Source: Girardia tigrina
Lineage: Eukaryota
Assembly: GCA_001938485.1 (NCBI GenBank)
Contig: MQRK01209551.1
Span: 19,758-73,121, forward strand
DNA: 53,364 nucleotides
Direction of reading: 5' to 3'
Shown: one piece after another, positions 1 to 33,873 of the stretch
Layout of the letters: each line of letters starts with the position of its first letter
Numbering within the stretch: the first letter of the stretch is position 1
Notes under the pieces: model-generated
Told to the model about the DNA's origin: nothing
The model's input: only the letters and a program-made list of their open reading frames with translations
The model's database searches: none
Program-made: the position numbers and the translations under genes

Positions 1-95
1 TTTTAAAAATCGAAACATGTCCAATAGTTGTATTAAAAAAGCTTTAATCAAATTATATTTTCGAAATACTAAACTTGCGTTCACAAGACTCAATA
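1..95 (+). ncRNA. 3' half of the same hammerhead motif family plus conserved downstream tail, truncated by the window edge
   Basis: atc-GAAA-CATG-TC-caata (9-26), then aaaaaagctttaatcaaattatattttcgaaatactaaact (near-identical to ~8571-8611), then (TA)n. Confidence 0.55.
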
Positions 96-349
96 ATATA
101 TATATATATATATATATAAGAAATTTCTTCTTGTCAAATAACTTATAATAAATGTAGAAAATTCAAATTTTATAAAAAAATAGCAATTTCAAATTACAAT
201 AATTAAAACATGTTACTTCAATATATTTAAACGTAAATATTAAAAATCAAAAATAAGTAAATTTAAAACAACATAAAAATGGAAATATTATGTGTTTTTC
301 AAATTCTCATAAATGAATAAAAAATTTAAAAAAATTAACTGCACCACTG

Positions 350-1140
350 CACAGTGGGCCAGAGACCGGTAAAACCTAAATAATGAAGTTAATAATTATA
401 CTCTAATATATGAATAAGACATTAGCTTTGATGTCAAATTATTTAAAACCAAAGATTTTATTCGCCGCCTTAGGCACAAGCTGACCGTTTTGATAAAACT
501 ATGTATAGGATATTTCCCTGGGACATCTTTCGGCAAATCATATTTTTTTTGAGAAAATGGGACATTAAAATAAATTAAAAATGAATATACATAATTTTAT
601 AAAATATACTATACTTTTTTTCAAAAAAAGTAATTTTGAGAATGTTAGATGTTTTTTGGAACATCTTCCACGCTATCAATATTAGAAGCCGACATCCGTT
701 TTTCACATTTTATTTCTCTACAAAAAAATGTCTAATACTTTTTATTCAAACAAATTTAATCGAAATTAAATTCATTTATTTTTTTTTACTTTTGAGGAAT
801 TATTTATTCCATAAATCTCAAACCGGTATTATAAAAATAAATATAGTATTAATAATCCATTTGACTTTTTGTAATTTCTGACAATTAAATAATTTTCATT
901 TACATTTACAAAATTTTATCATAGTTAATATAACTTTATTTAGTTCTTGATTTTTTTTGATTTGAAAATGATACTTTGAATTCAATTATTATTTCAAAAA
1001 TTTTCAAAACATTTCATAAAAAATTCTTAACAGAGAAGATTTCCGAAAATAATCCCAGCTAAAAATACGGTCATGGGCTTATTTTTGCGGGAATCCAGTA
1101 CTGTTTGTCAGAACTTTCTGGCAGCTAAAATCTGCACTAT
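350..1140. mobile_element. Degenerate non-autonomous TIR element, possibly Transib-like
   Basis: Begins CACAGTGGG at 350. Subterminal inverted similarity between tatttccctgggacatctttcggcaaatc (~511-539) and gatttccgaaaataatcccagctaaaaata (~1038-1067). The right end is uncertain. Confidence 0.35.
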
Positions 1141-2361
1141 ATTTAAAAGCACTTTTAAGGAGAGTAACCTTAATTGATTAGACCCATTCTCTTACTTATT
1201 AAATATGTATGTACTTTATGCTTTCATATATATGCATTTTATTAAATCCTTTTTAATAGGATTTACAATGAATTACTTATGTATCCTAAATATTCAGAAA
1301 AAATATAATCTTTTCATAAATTATGGTAATTAGTATTAAATCAATCCACATCAAGCCTTGATATTTAACACGATAAGGTTAACTGCGATCAAAATTGGGA
1401 AAGTGTTCACATAACTAAATGTTGCTATGTTGATTTTTGATTACCAGAGAAAGCGGTAGTCAATCCAATAGGCTCACGTTAAAGAGCATAGTTGAATTAG
1501 GGTGGGTGGTACCTCAGGTGGAATGATATACTTTACGGATTGGTAACCATTATTTTTGTCCATATAAACTAAATTCTGATCCACTATGCCCTGGATGAAC
1601 TTTTATACTCTTAACATGTTACTCATAACCCTCTTTCTTAATTAATTACAAATATATTCAATAACATACTTAAGATATATTTTCATGGAACGAGTAAAGA
1701 AACGAAAGAATTTTGATAAGGTGTACATATGATACAAATAAAATAATTCTGGAAAATCGAAAAACTGTGTATTTGCTCAAGATTTCGTTATTGAAAGCGT
1801 GATGTCGTTGTTTTAAGTCTTGCTTAACCAGAATATCTTTTACATTCGAGGAAATAGAGACTAATTGTGATTATATCATACCAATAAATCTTTCACTATG
1901 TTGCTCAAATAGTGGAAAATCAGCAGTGCAACAGTTGAGACGATAATCATAAATTTCACCAAAAAGAATTTTAAGAAAAAAATCGAATTCAAAGACTTTT
2001 AAGAATGGCAAATTTAGTAATTTTAAGACGTTACACGAGCTTGTTCCAATAAATTTTTCTCTTTGTTGATTATTTTAACAAATAATTTCTGTTTTCCTTC
2101 GCAAAACTCCAAGTCTCAATTCGATTGTAGATGTTCCCGTACGATAGACAACAAGTCCTAAAGGCCTCTGTAGTTGATCAGAAATGTCGGCACAGTAAAT
2201 CTTTCTGTGAAAAAAGACTTTTTTTCACAAAAAAAACACTGTGATAACACTTCTGTACTCAACCCCGGTAAAGTCATTTTATACTGAAAATGAGTTCAGT
2301 TATATCTCTAACTGTGTATGCATTATAAGTGTGTGTGTTCCACATCGTTGCATACGACGAC

Positions 2362-3163
2362 GACATATCCCCATAACAGCGAATCCCAAAATAGCGATTT
2401 ACTTTCCAAATAGAAAAAAAGTCAATTAAATATAAAATTTTATTTTAAGGAAATTCAAAATTTAAATACACTGTCAAAATGTAATTGGTATGCTTAAACT
2501 GAAAGAAATTCCACGAATAAACTCCTGCACACCGATTTCACCATTATCAAAACGAAGTTGCAAGTTTGAAATACGTTTAGTTATTAAATTATAATTTTTA
2601 TTCGTTTTGTTAATAACTTGCCCAGCATTAATTTGTGTCATCAATTATCTGTAAATCCTTGTTTTTTTATTATGATATTAAATCATAAATATTCGGGTGA
2701 TGCTTAACAACTAAATTATTGAAACGGTTGTGCCACCCTTAAACATCATTGTTAGAGCGTCGTCTGATGCCATACATATTCCACATTTCTTTTTTAATAT
2801 TTTGAAACCAGTGCTGGTGGAAGTACTGATATGAAGGTCTAATAAGTAGCGGTGTCTCGTTCCTCAGACTGTCGAAAGTTTGCTGAACAATTTGTTATGG
2901 AACAAACTCCAAAGCCATAAGCATACGTATTTTCGTTCTAAGTTCCTGATTATTACCATAATAATATATTTCTCCAATTTAAATGACAAAAATATAATTT
3001 TAAAATAAAAAATATCTTATTAATATAAATTTCTCCAATTTAAATGAGAAAAATGTAAATTTTAAAATGAAAATTTTCTTTCGCTTTTTGCGGAATTTGC
3101 AATTTTGATGAATCGCTGTTTTGAGAATTCGTGTTTTGGGAATCGCTGTTTTCGGGTATAACC
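2362..3163 (-). mobile_element. MULE/Mutator remnant with C-terminal transposase fragment
   Basis: Minus strand ~2930-2680 reads MLMALEFVP..YFHQHWF..MWNMYGIRRRSNNDV*GWHNRFNNLVVKHHPNIY (MULE RTNNxxEGWH/HPNI motif). Both ends carry inverted ~15-bp aaacagcgattccc-type subterminal repeats. Confidence 0.7.
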
Positions 3164-3638
3164 ACAACGACATATATACATGATAGGCATTGCCATCGTT
3201 GACACATTCATTTAGAGGATATTATAAAGTATTACCGACCGCACCACATATCAAGAGCAGCATGAATACTACTAAGACATTGCAATAAGAATTGTTTTCG
3301 AAAATTGCATTAACAATTTTAACGCTCCTTATATTTGATAAAGCAATGATCATTCAATTTTAGGTTGCTTAAATAAATTAGTTAGTTATTCAAATTTAAT
3401 TAACTTCAACTTTCTTTAATTCAGTTATAATTAAAATAGCCGTATGATTTGATATATCGATTAACAATTATGGTTAAGGGAGACATTACTCTAAAGCAAT
3501 TGCAACATACACAAAATACATGGTCATCCTGCTCAATTAAATTAAAAGTGTCTAATTAAAACAATTTTTCTTCTACCATGACTCATAATTTTTTCGATAT
3601 AATATACTAAGAGATAGAGAGTTCTTTTGTTATCTTAA

Positions 3639-4579
3639 TACGTTGACTACCGGAGACCCGTATATGGGTTTACTTTTGAATGAGAGGAATTTTTTAATGC
3701 GGTTTTTTTCAAAATATTGCTACTAACTTTTCTAGTCCAGCTCTCTCGCTCTCTAGTTCAACTCTATTCAATTTATTGCATCAGAACAAAACTGGAACAT
3801 GTGGAACAGTGAGAAAAAATCGTAAAGGATTGTCAAAATTCACTGGAAAATCAGGAAAAGGAGATGTTCAATGGTTTTCGTCTTCAGGTCTTCTAGCAAT
3901 GAAATGGAAAGACAAACGAGATGTCTACATGTTATCGACTGTAAATAGTACAAATTTCTTGAACAGTGGAAAAATTGATAGATCAAACGGAACAGAAATT
4001 ATGAAGCCCGCTCTAGTCGTGGAATATTCGCAAAAAATGGGAGCTGTTGATGAAACTGACATGCTGATACCATTCTCTGCTTCAATTAAGAACATTTTGC
4101 AGTGGTATAAAATACTGCAGAGAGAAATATACTTGGTAGACCTTCTAATGCTCCTACACCTTTGAGATTAGTTGCTCGTCACTTTCCCGACAATGTTCCA
4201 AAAGATCCAAAGAGTAGAGAACGAAGTAGAAGATATTGTATTGTTTGTAGTGCGAAACAAATTCGACAACGAAGTTACTTCATGTGCCTTGACTGTAATG
4301 TATCATTATGCGTATCAAATTGTTTCCGAATTTACCACACAAAGCTTCATTTTGATGAAGATGAGTGATCAAAAACAATTCCAATCAGTAAAATATAATA
4401 ATATTGCAATATTCATTAAAAACTCTTGTTTGTAGCTCAAGAAACTCATTCTTGTAACTCTTATGTAATAAATATTTCTAAGACTTTTTTTAAAAATTTT
4501 TCATTTTGAATTACTTGTGTTACGTCTAAAACTTCAATAAAATTAACATATCTCAAAAACAAATTCGGTAGTCAAAGGG
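3639..4579 (+). mobile_element. Internally deleted piggyBac element (PGBD4-like transposase C-terminus)
   Basis: TTAA at 3635-3638, then tacgttgactaccg ... cggtagtcaaaggg TIRs. ORFs CGTVRKNRKG, KWKDKRDVYMLST, KPALVVEYSQKMGAVD, and a C-terminal Cys-rich domain CIVC..CLDCNVSLCVSNCFRIYH. Confidence 0.88.
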
Positions 4580-5510
4580 TTTTTATTACTTATTTCTGTG
4601 TTTTATGATAAAGCGTTGAGGTATTATTAGTCAATGAAATTCGTGACATCAATGCATGCTTAATCAGTGATCCCGCTGATAAAATTCAATGATCAGTAGC
4701 TCATTTATTTGAATTTTTCGATCAAAAATTTCTTTCTCTATATTTATATATGCACAGTAACGGTCAAAAGTATTTGCTCATCGTGTTTTTAATAACTTAT
4801 CAAAATGAAGTATTTTTGACACTAAACTATGAAAACGCGTTGTTAACTTCTTTATGTATGAATGTTGTTTGTATTAGCATCTTTAAAGTAGTGCCTCTCC
4901 CAAGCTCTTAATGCTCATAAAATTCGCTGCAGATCTTATTAAGTCTCAGTACAAGAAATTTTCACAAGAAATCTCAACAATTACAATTGCCAATTTATTA
5001 ACGAGCGCATAAAAGACGATATCGTTCAATAAGAATTTAAAATGTTTATGATCTAAAGCACATTATATATAGTAAAATAAATGAAATAATAAAGCAAGTC
5101 TTCGTATACCAAGATATTTTACTAGAATAGATCCGAGAATATAGAGTAGTCAATAACTAAAAAAACGCTCGTGTTGAAAGAAATTGTTTCAGTTTAATTA
5201 TATTGGGGTCATCTACAGATTTAAGATGTACTGAAGATACTTATTCGAATTAACATATTTTTGCAAACAAATTAGTAGCGAAAAAATAAAGTAAAAGTTA
5301 ATAATGATCATCTGAAAGTATTTAGTTTACCAAAAAAGATGAGCAATGAACGCTGTTAATAGGAAGCAATTTATTCTTTCACATAAGCAAATAATACTTA
5401 TACCAAGCCCGAAGGAAAGAAATAAAATTTTCCTAGCATTCAATTAAACCAAATTGGTTCCGTTGGTATACGAAGAATTACTTTTCAAATCAAATGACAA
5501 TGAACCTTAC

Positions 5511-26748
<21,238 letters not shown>

Positions 26749-28219
26749 TGGTAACGAATTGTCGTGTGAGTGTGTAACTAATGGTGAATTGTCAAACTGA
26801 ATATTTGAATTTGAATCGATATTCAATGTCGATCATTAAAACAAAACCCGAACGAGAAGAAACTAAAAATTTTCACTGGTTTTTTTTCAAAAAAAAATTG
26901 ACAAAATTAAAAAAATTAGTCAAAAAAGAATTTTGATTCTATAAGAATTTCTGTAATATTTTCGCGGCAAGTTTTTTTACTATTCATTTTGTTTGAAAGA
27001 GAACTCACACGTTTATTACTCTATTTATAGCAATTAAAATATGGATCATCATTATGATAATCAGCAGCTCACTTTCATCGACCAAAGTTAAATAATTTTC
27101 ATCTCGAAATCTGAACTAATTTGAACCTTTATGTTCGTTAAAAATAATGACTATAAATGTATTTGGTTTAAATTAAAATTACTATTTATCATTTGATTTA
27201 CAAAATTAAAATTAATAAAATCATTAAAACTTTAGAATTAAATTAAATATAAATTTGAATATTAAATTTAAATTTGAGGAAATTAGTTTCATCTACTAAG
27301 GTATAAAATATTGCAAACCATCTGAGTAGGAACGACACTATCTAAAATCAACCGACAACGTTTTCAAACACGAATCATCAACATTCCAAATATTTCTCAC
27401 ACTTTATTAATTTTCTTATGTAGGTTTTTTCATCCATTTCCCTTGATTTGCTTGAACAAATTGCCAAAATGTGTTACTCTGATGACAATGCATGAATCAA
27501 ATAAGCATTAAAAAACAAATATATGATTAACCTGCTAATCATTATGCATTTATAAATTAAATCGAAAGCAAAATAAATTAGAATTCGGTTTACTTTATGA
27601 ATTGTCGGTTATTTTCGTAAAAACATTAATTTTAAAATTTTCTAAAATCCTTCCAAACCTATTCCTATTATTTTATTTGAATACATTCTTGGCATGAAGA
27701 ATTTTCAAAAAATGTTTTTGTTGGGATATTTGGGGATTATTAAATTCAAACAGGAAGACAAAACAATAAACTTTTATAAAAATATTTATTGGTAATTACA
27801 ATGATAACAAGCATTTGGATCAAAATTGTTTAAGTACTTATCCTATTAATGAATTTACAGTTTAGGTAGTGTGAGAAAAGATGATTCTTTTGCCCACGAA
27901 GAATTTTAATAAAAAGGTATATATAGCAATATGTTACGGAAAATATATCGGCTTTTAGCACCTTGGTATTTCTCTGTGATTTTCTTTAATTTTCTCTCTC
28001 AATTTTGTAATAGCTTGAGTTCTTTCACGTCTTCCACTTTTGTAATAACTGAGCTCTTATATATTCTCGAGCAGGTGCTATGTGTTTCCCACTCAAGTAC
28101 ACTTCAAGCTTTTCAAATTTTCTTTCAAACTTTAGAAATCAATACCAGGTGTTCATGGCGTTTCCCTTAATTAAAAATATTTATTTTCTTAATTAATTAG
28201 GATTTGTACTTTCCCTTCT

Positions 28220-29125
28220 CTTTGATGTTGAATGAAAAGTCTCATCGTAACATGAAGTACGTAATCGATAAAATCCAGTATGGGCAGGACCAATGAATGA
28301 TCTACGTCGACTTAAAGATGGGGAACTTTCTTCTTGATCTGCAGTCCAAGTTCACGAAGGCCGACATTTTCGATGGACCCCAGATACGACAGCTCATTAA
28401 GACACAGAGTTCCAAAATTCCATGAACACTCTAGAGCGCGCCGCGTGGAAATCGTTTGTGCAGTTGTTGAGCAACTTTCTGAGGAATACGAACGTAGCAA
28501 ACCCCACCAGACTCATGAGTAGCGTGAAATAGGCCTTCCAAAAACTCGGTTGCTTGATGAGTATAAAGATCCACTTCCTGTTCTCACAAATGGAGAACTT
28601 TCCTGAAAACCTGGGACGTTGAGAAAGAAAAAAAAGCAGGGAGAAAGATTCTATCAGGAAATGCACCAAATGGAGGAAAGGTACCAGGGGAGGTAGGACG
28701 AAATCATGATGGCGGAATACTGTTGGTCGCTGAAGAGAGATAACCCAGCAGCTGCTCATACACGGGAATCGAAGAAACGCCGATTTATGCCATGAGTGGT
28801 GAACTTTTGTATCACGTAACGCTCATTTCTTTTACTATTGTATAATTATGCTTATCAAATTTAATGGACTAAATAAAAACTGAATGAATTTGGATACGTG
28901 AACTTTCATTTCTTGAAGACATAGGTAAAAATCATCAGGGGTTTCTTTGCTGATGATCCGCAGAAATTTCTTTTCAAGAAAAATCGATATTTTAAAAATT
29001 TCTGTAACAAAAAACCTGACTTGATTGAGAAAAACCAAGGTAATTTTCGGACTCAGATTATCGAAATTAGTCTAATTCAGCTGCAAAAACCTTGGACGAT
29101 TTAAAAAAACGTTTTTTGCACAGTG
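28220..29125 (+). mobile_element. Chapaev3-like (CMC) DNA transposon remnant
   Basis: NMKYVIDKIQY..IYVDLKMGNFLLDLQSKFTK / ADIFDGPQIRQLIK / MSIKIHFLFSQMENFPENLG..GERFYQEMHQMEERYQGR..MMAEYCWSLKR. Right end ..gcaCAGTG at 29125. Family assignment is from recalled motifs. Confidence 0.7.
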
Positions 29126-29372
29126 TTTTTATTTTACTATTTAGTCAATATTAAAATAAGTAAAGCAGGGCCATGTATTTGATACTTTGATCAATATAAT
29201 ATCAATCATAATTAATCAGAACGTCTGTATCTATCATCTTCGTTTATCATTGATTCTCTTATCATAAATATTTGAGTAAATCTGTAGAAATGAATTCTTG
29301 GATATTGAATTTAGGAACATGGTATCTTAATAATTGCACATACCACGTAACTCTCTCTCAATAACTGTTATA

Positions 29373-29545
29373 CAGTCGACTCTCAGTAATCCATGCATTA
29401 TTGGATAGTGTTAGAAAAACATAATTCATTTCATTCGTTTTTTATTTTTTCAAAACATTTTACAACATTCTTTAATCGAATTCGATAAATCACCCAAAAC
29501 ACGTTTTTTCTCAGTCCCATAGCACGGATTAGCTAAAGTCAACTG
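29373..29545. mobile_element. pogo/Tigger-like MITE (173 bp)
   Basis: TA-CAGTCGACTCTCAGTAATCCATGC ... GCACGGATTAGCTAAAGTCAACTG-TA imperfect TIRs. Confidence 0.7.
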
Positions 29546-29712
29546 TAATCGTAACATTAAAATTTAAAAATTATAAAAAATTTTATTTTCTTTTCGAAGC
29601 AGAGTTATTTAACCAATTCTTCAACTTTCTTCTTCTTTCAGTAAATATAACAAGTATGTAATCGACTTTTCTTAATTTTACAAACTGATTTGCCGAAATT
29701 AATGTTTATATA

Positions 29713-30061
29713 CAGGGTGCAGTACCTATTTGAGAACAAAATGGAGTTCATGGGAAAGAAACGAAAAGATAAAAGAAAAAAAACATTTATTAGGTATCAA
29801 AGTTTTGTAGAGATGAACACATACATAAAGAACTTCATCACACAATGAACCTACCATCAGCCCAATAAAAACTTCTATACGCTGTCGAAACCGACTGCAG
29901 CTAGTAATGAGATGGGTCTTTTGCATGTTTGCAATTAGACCACTACAACAGCTCTGAGAGCTGAGTAGGCTTTGTCATACATACCTGCAACAGAAAAAAA
30001 CTGTTCCTATAACACACAGGAAAGTATATATTGTGTGTTCTCAAATAACTGCTGCATCCTG
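29713..30061 (-). mobile_element. Internally deleted maT-like element (349 bp)
   Basis: TA-cagggtgcagtacctatttgagaaca ... tgttctcaaataactgctgcatcctg-TA. Residual CSRFRQRIEVFI..DG transposase tail. Confidence 0.8.
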
Positions 30062-30323
30062 TATTTAATGAAATATAAAATAAAATCCTCATTTAACAAA
30101 TGTTTATTAACAAAAGTATTTTTGTGTTCCATTTATGCTATTTAATTAATGGTGTATTTCATGGGATAAACGGAATTTATATAACTCAGACTTTAGCGTT
30201 TTTCGTGGAACACCTGGTAGCTACATTCAATAAGACTGAGTCTGAAAAACTTTTGAAAATCCGTTTCAAAGAAATAATTTATTATCAAAAAATCATTGTA
30301 ATATTTCAAAGAATTTTCCAGTT

Positions 30324-33300
30324 TTACTTGTTTCTTGAAACTTTCGTCGGTTTTGTATCAGAACCAACAAGCAAGTCAATCATTTGAAGGGTTCTGCGAA
30401 GTCGTTCATGTAACTCGACTGGAACACCGAATTTCTTAAGATTTGTGAGAGAAAATGTTTTGAATCGTTTCTTTTCATCAATAAAGGACACGGCTCCCAT
30501 CACAGGACAAATAATTAATTTTGAGTGATCATTCATAAAATTTATCTTAATGAAAAATAAATAAATTAAAAAATTATGTAACATTATAAAACAGGTTGTT
30601 TTAAAAAAACTAATTAATTATTTGCACTTAATTCATTAAGTTGCGACTATGTTTAATATTGTTCCCATCCCTTGGATCTGGATATCGGATACGTCTTTAA
30701 AATTGCGTCAATTCCCTTTGTAGATTTGGACAAGAAACATCATTTTTTTATCTTTAAGTAAAAGAGACGATATGAAGATACTAAAAGGACACTTGGTTTA
30801 AAGTACAAGACAAATCCTTCACTTTATCAGAACTGTTAAATGATGCTAAATTTCAAATGTAACTTATAATAGAGAAATAAATCTTTTGAGTCATACGTTA
30901 ATAATTAATGTATCAGATAATAAATTTTATTTTCTTATAATATGTAGAGAAAATAATAATAATGAAGAACATTTTGAAATTGGTGTGCTAAGATTCATAA
31001 AAAATAGCTTATATCGGTAATCGAAAACGTTTTTTAATCCTGTTGAATTTTCTTGAGCGACGATTATCCATTAACAATACGTGTAATAGGTTCAATATTA
31101 CTGAGATAAATGAGATTTGGAAGTCTCACCAATGTCCCTGGCGTTACACTCATTTCAAGTATATTTGTATTTGAGATTTGAACACTCACATATAAATCCA
31201 ATGGTTTACAAATATACACATCTAATGAGTGTTACATAACATACATTGAATAGACTTTCCATCATCTCTGCAATATTGATGAATAAAATAAAAATTGTAA
31301 AAAGAAAGTAGAAGAAAGAGATTTTAAAATTCTGTACAATTTATTAAAAAAATATTGGTAAAGGACAGAGGTGGTTAACTCGGGGCCCGCGAGATTCATC
31401 ACACTTTTAGAAAATATATTTTTACAAATTTGATAAATCTGGCACTAAATGTTGTTAGCTCTTTTGGTTCAACTTACACCTGCGAATCGTTCGAAAATGA
31501 AAATGTCTAAACACAAAACACTGTGAAACATAGCGGACGCTAACATTCAAACCCAATTACGATGTGCAAATACCCAAATAAAAATCAATTTGCAAGGGCT
31601 AAGTTGAAAAATGGAGAAACAAATATCACAATAGTAAAATAAATATGTTTTAATGACTTCCTTTTTTTTATTTTTTTATATTTATGTATTTGCGTTTATT
31701 ATCTGTATTATTATATAATCTATGTTAATGTGTATGAATATTAGTAAACAAAATAAAAATAAATTATTATATTTCATTTTCTAACTCCAAAAATATCTAT
31801 AGTAGGTTAAAATCTTATATATTCATTTTAAATGCGGCCCGCAGAGTTATGATAGTTTTCCAAAGTGGTCCGAGAGATCATTTAAGTTAGCCACTTTTGG
31901 TAAAGGGTGACGTGCGAGGCCTTATAAGTAATTTTTGTTGATCCGAAATTCATATTCAAACTTACGCCGAACTTTCCAACTAAGTATTTCCTAAAAGAAC
32001 TTGTCGACATTATTGATTAAATATCGATTTCTTTATTACATTTTCTTTTGTATAAATTTTTGTTTTTAACGATTGGGGATATTTTTTTATTCGTCAGAAA
32101 TCATAACGTAAATTATGAGATTGTACGCTAAATTGTGATCTTTCGTTACATGGTTTGTATTTAATAAATATTTTTGAATCCAAGACTTACCTGTGTTATT
32201 CCATTGCTCAGATGCAAAATAATACAATTTTTATCCCTGAACCAGGATTTGAGGAATGGCAATCTGATGAGGGACTCTTCTTCTGTATTCTTTTTCGGAT
32301 CTCCGGTCTTTAGAAAACATATTTTATTAAATTTTCATTAATTAGTATATTTTTATACCGTTGATAAATTTTCTGTCATGTAACGTTGAAAGTTTTGAAA
32401 TAACTCTATCGTTTTGTTCAATGTTTGAGGGTAGTTGTCAATTGTATGAAGACTCTCAATTCCTTTCACGTCAATGAACTGTAAATTCTGGTTGTTTCTG
32501 GTTGATATCATGTAAGTGTTGTCTTTGAATATTACCCCCGTTGAGCCATCATTCAGTTGGTACCCAAAACCAAATCTTTCAGCGTCGACCCATTTAGCAA
32601 TCCAAAAAACTGGAGACAAAAATACGTCTTCCGTTTTCTCCATCAAATCTCTCATAAATTCCGCTGTTTGAGTTTGTGTTACAATAATATTTATATCAGC
32701 CATCAAGTTATTAATTTGTTTGGATAAATCTCTCAAATAGTAATTATTAACTTCCTTTTCAGTCTTTCTTTTTTGACTACTAAGTACAGGTTTTGGGGGG
32801 ACGAACTCATTAATCGTGGACAGATAAATTGCCGTTTCATTAGTCAGGATGTTCTCGGGAAGATTATCAAATCTCGGAACCAAATCTAATACCGAAGTCG
32901 GCAAAGACTCTGGGGTATATTCTTTGAAAAATTTCATTGTTAACAAGTTCTTCATGGTCGGCCTGGATGAGGGATTTTTATGAAGAAGAGATCGTATGAC
33001 TTGTTTGGCAGAGTCAGTGATGTTGTTCGGGATCAGGTATTCAACTTTCTTTATTTGAGAATAAACTTCACTAGTCTGACTTCCACAGAAAGGAAAATTT
33101 CCCGTAAGTAAGGCATATCTAAATACATAAATTATTGAAAAAGACAAATATTTAATTCTTTTTACAAAGCCACTCCAAGAGACCATACATCAGCATCAAA
33201 ACTATAAGGCTTCTTAAGGATGACCTCCGGGGAAACATAATTTGGTGTTCCACAGATTGTTTTCCTTTTGTCCTTGCTATCTTTCAACTGAACTGCCAGT

Positions 33301-33873
33301 CCAAAATCTCCAAGCTTCACAACCATCTTTTCATTAAGAAATATATTATCCAATTTCAGGTCCCGATGGATGATGTTAAGATCATGAATATAGATACAAG
33401 CGCTGATTATTTGTTTAGTAAAGTATCTCGTTTCCGGTTCCGTTAGATGCTTCCTACGTTTAATCAACCCTCTCAAAGTCTAAAAAATAATTAAAAAATT
33501 TATTTTAAAAATAATAATTATTATTACTTGTTTCTTACATAACTCTAAAATTAAATAAAAACATTGTGCATCTTCAAAGTTTTCATAAAATTTAACAATA
33601 TTTTCGTGATTTAATTTTTTATGAATTATTATTTCCTCTTTTAACAGATTTTGATAATTCGGATCGAGATTTGTTTTAACAATTTTTTTAACAGCGAATT
33701 TTTGTTTGGCTCTGTTAGAAACTTCATAGCATCTTGCGAACCCCCCCTGACAAGTATAATTAAAAATAAAATAATATTATTCATCATTCATAAATTACTC
33801 TAGCAATATATTCTCCAATGGCATATGTCTCCTTGGTCGAAGGATTCACAATATTATCAAAACTTTCAAACAT
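30324..33873 (-). CDS. PLK1: Polo-like kinase 1 (kinase domain + two polo boxes), ~568 aa. Exons: 33873-33799, 33746-33528, 33479-33166, 33118-32359, 32307-32191, 30545-30324
   Basis: Kinase motifs GGFARCYE, HRDLKLDN, KLGDFG, T-loop KTICGTPNY. PB1 FWIAKWVD..GFGYQL; PB2 LPFLKSWFR..LHLSNG..Q|INFMNDHSKLIICP. All five introns are GT-AG and phase-consistent. Confidence 0.93.
31366..31899 (+). mobile_element. Non-autonomous hAT (Charlie/SPIN-like) element in PLK1 intron 5
   Basis: cagaggtggttaact..agttagccacttttg TIRs; 8-bp TSD gtaaagga/gtaaaggg; gcggcccgc motifs; residual SSFGSTYTCES..QLRC hAT dimerisation motif. Confidence 0.85.

Noticed and set aside
2075-2204. Candidate final TTC12 exon after ttttcacag
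   Set aside because: The frame required by the phase-1 donor stops early, and no frame resembles the TTC12 C-terminus.
4755-4790. cagtaacggtcaaaagtatttgctca as a Tc1 TIR
   Set aside because: No matching right TIR or recognisable transposase found.
5231-5260. CTGAAGA at 5231, and CTGATGA at 20773 and 28950, as hammerheads
   Set aside because: No convincing stem-GAAA-palindrome downstream.
26749-26826. N-terminal extension of TTC12 from TTG 26826
   Set aside because: Non-ATG start; similarity begins at ATG 26748.
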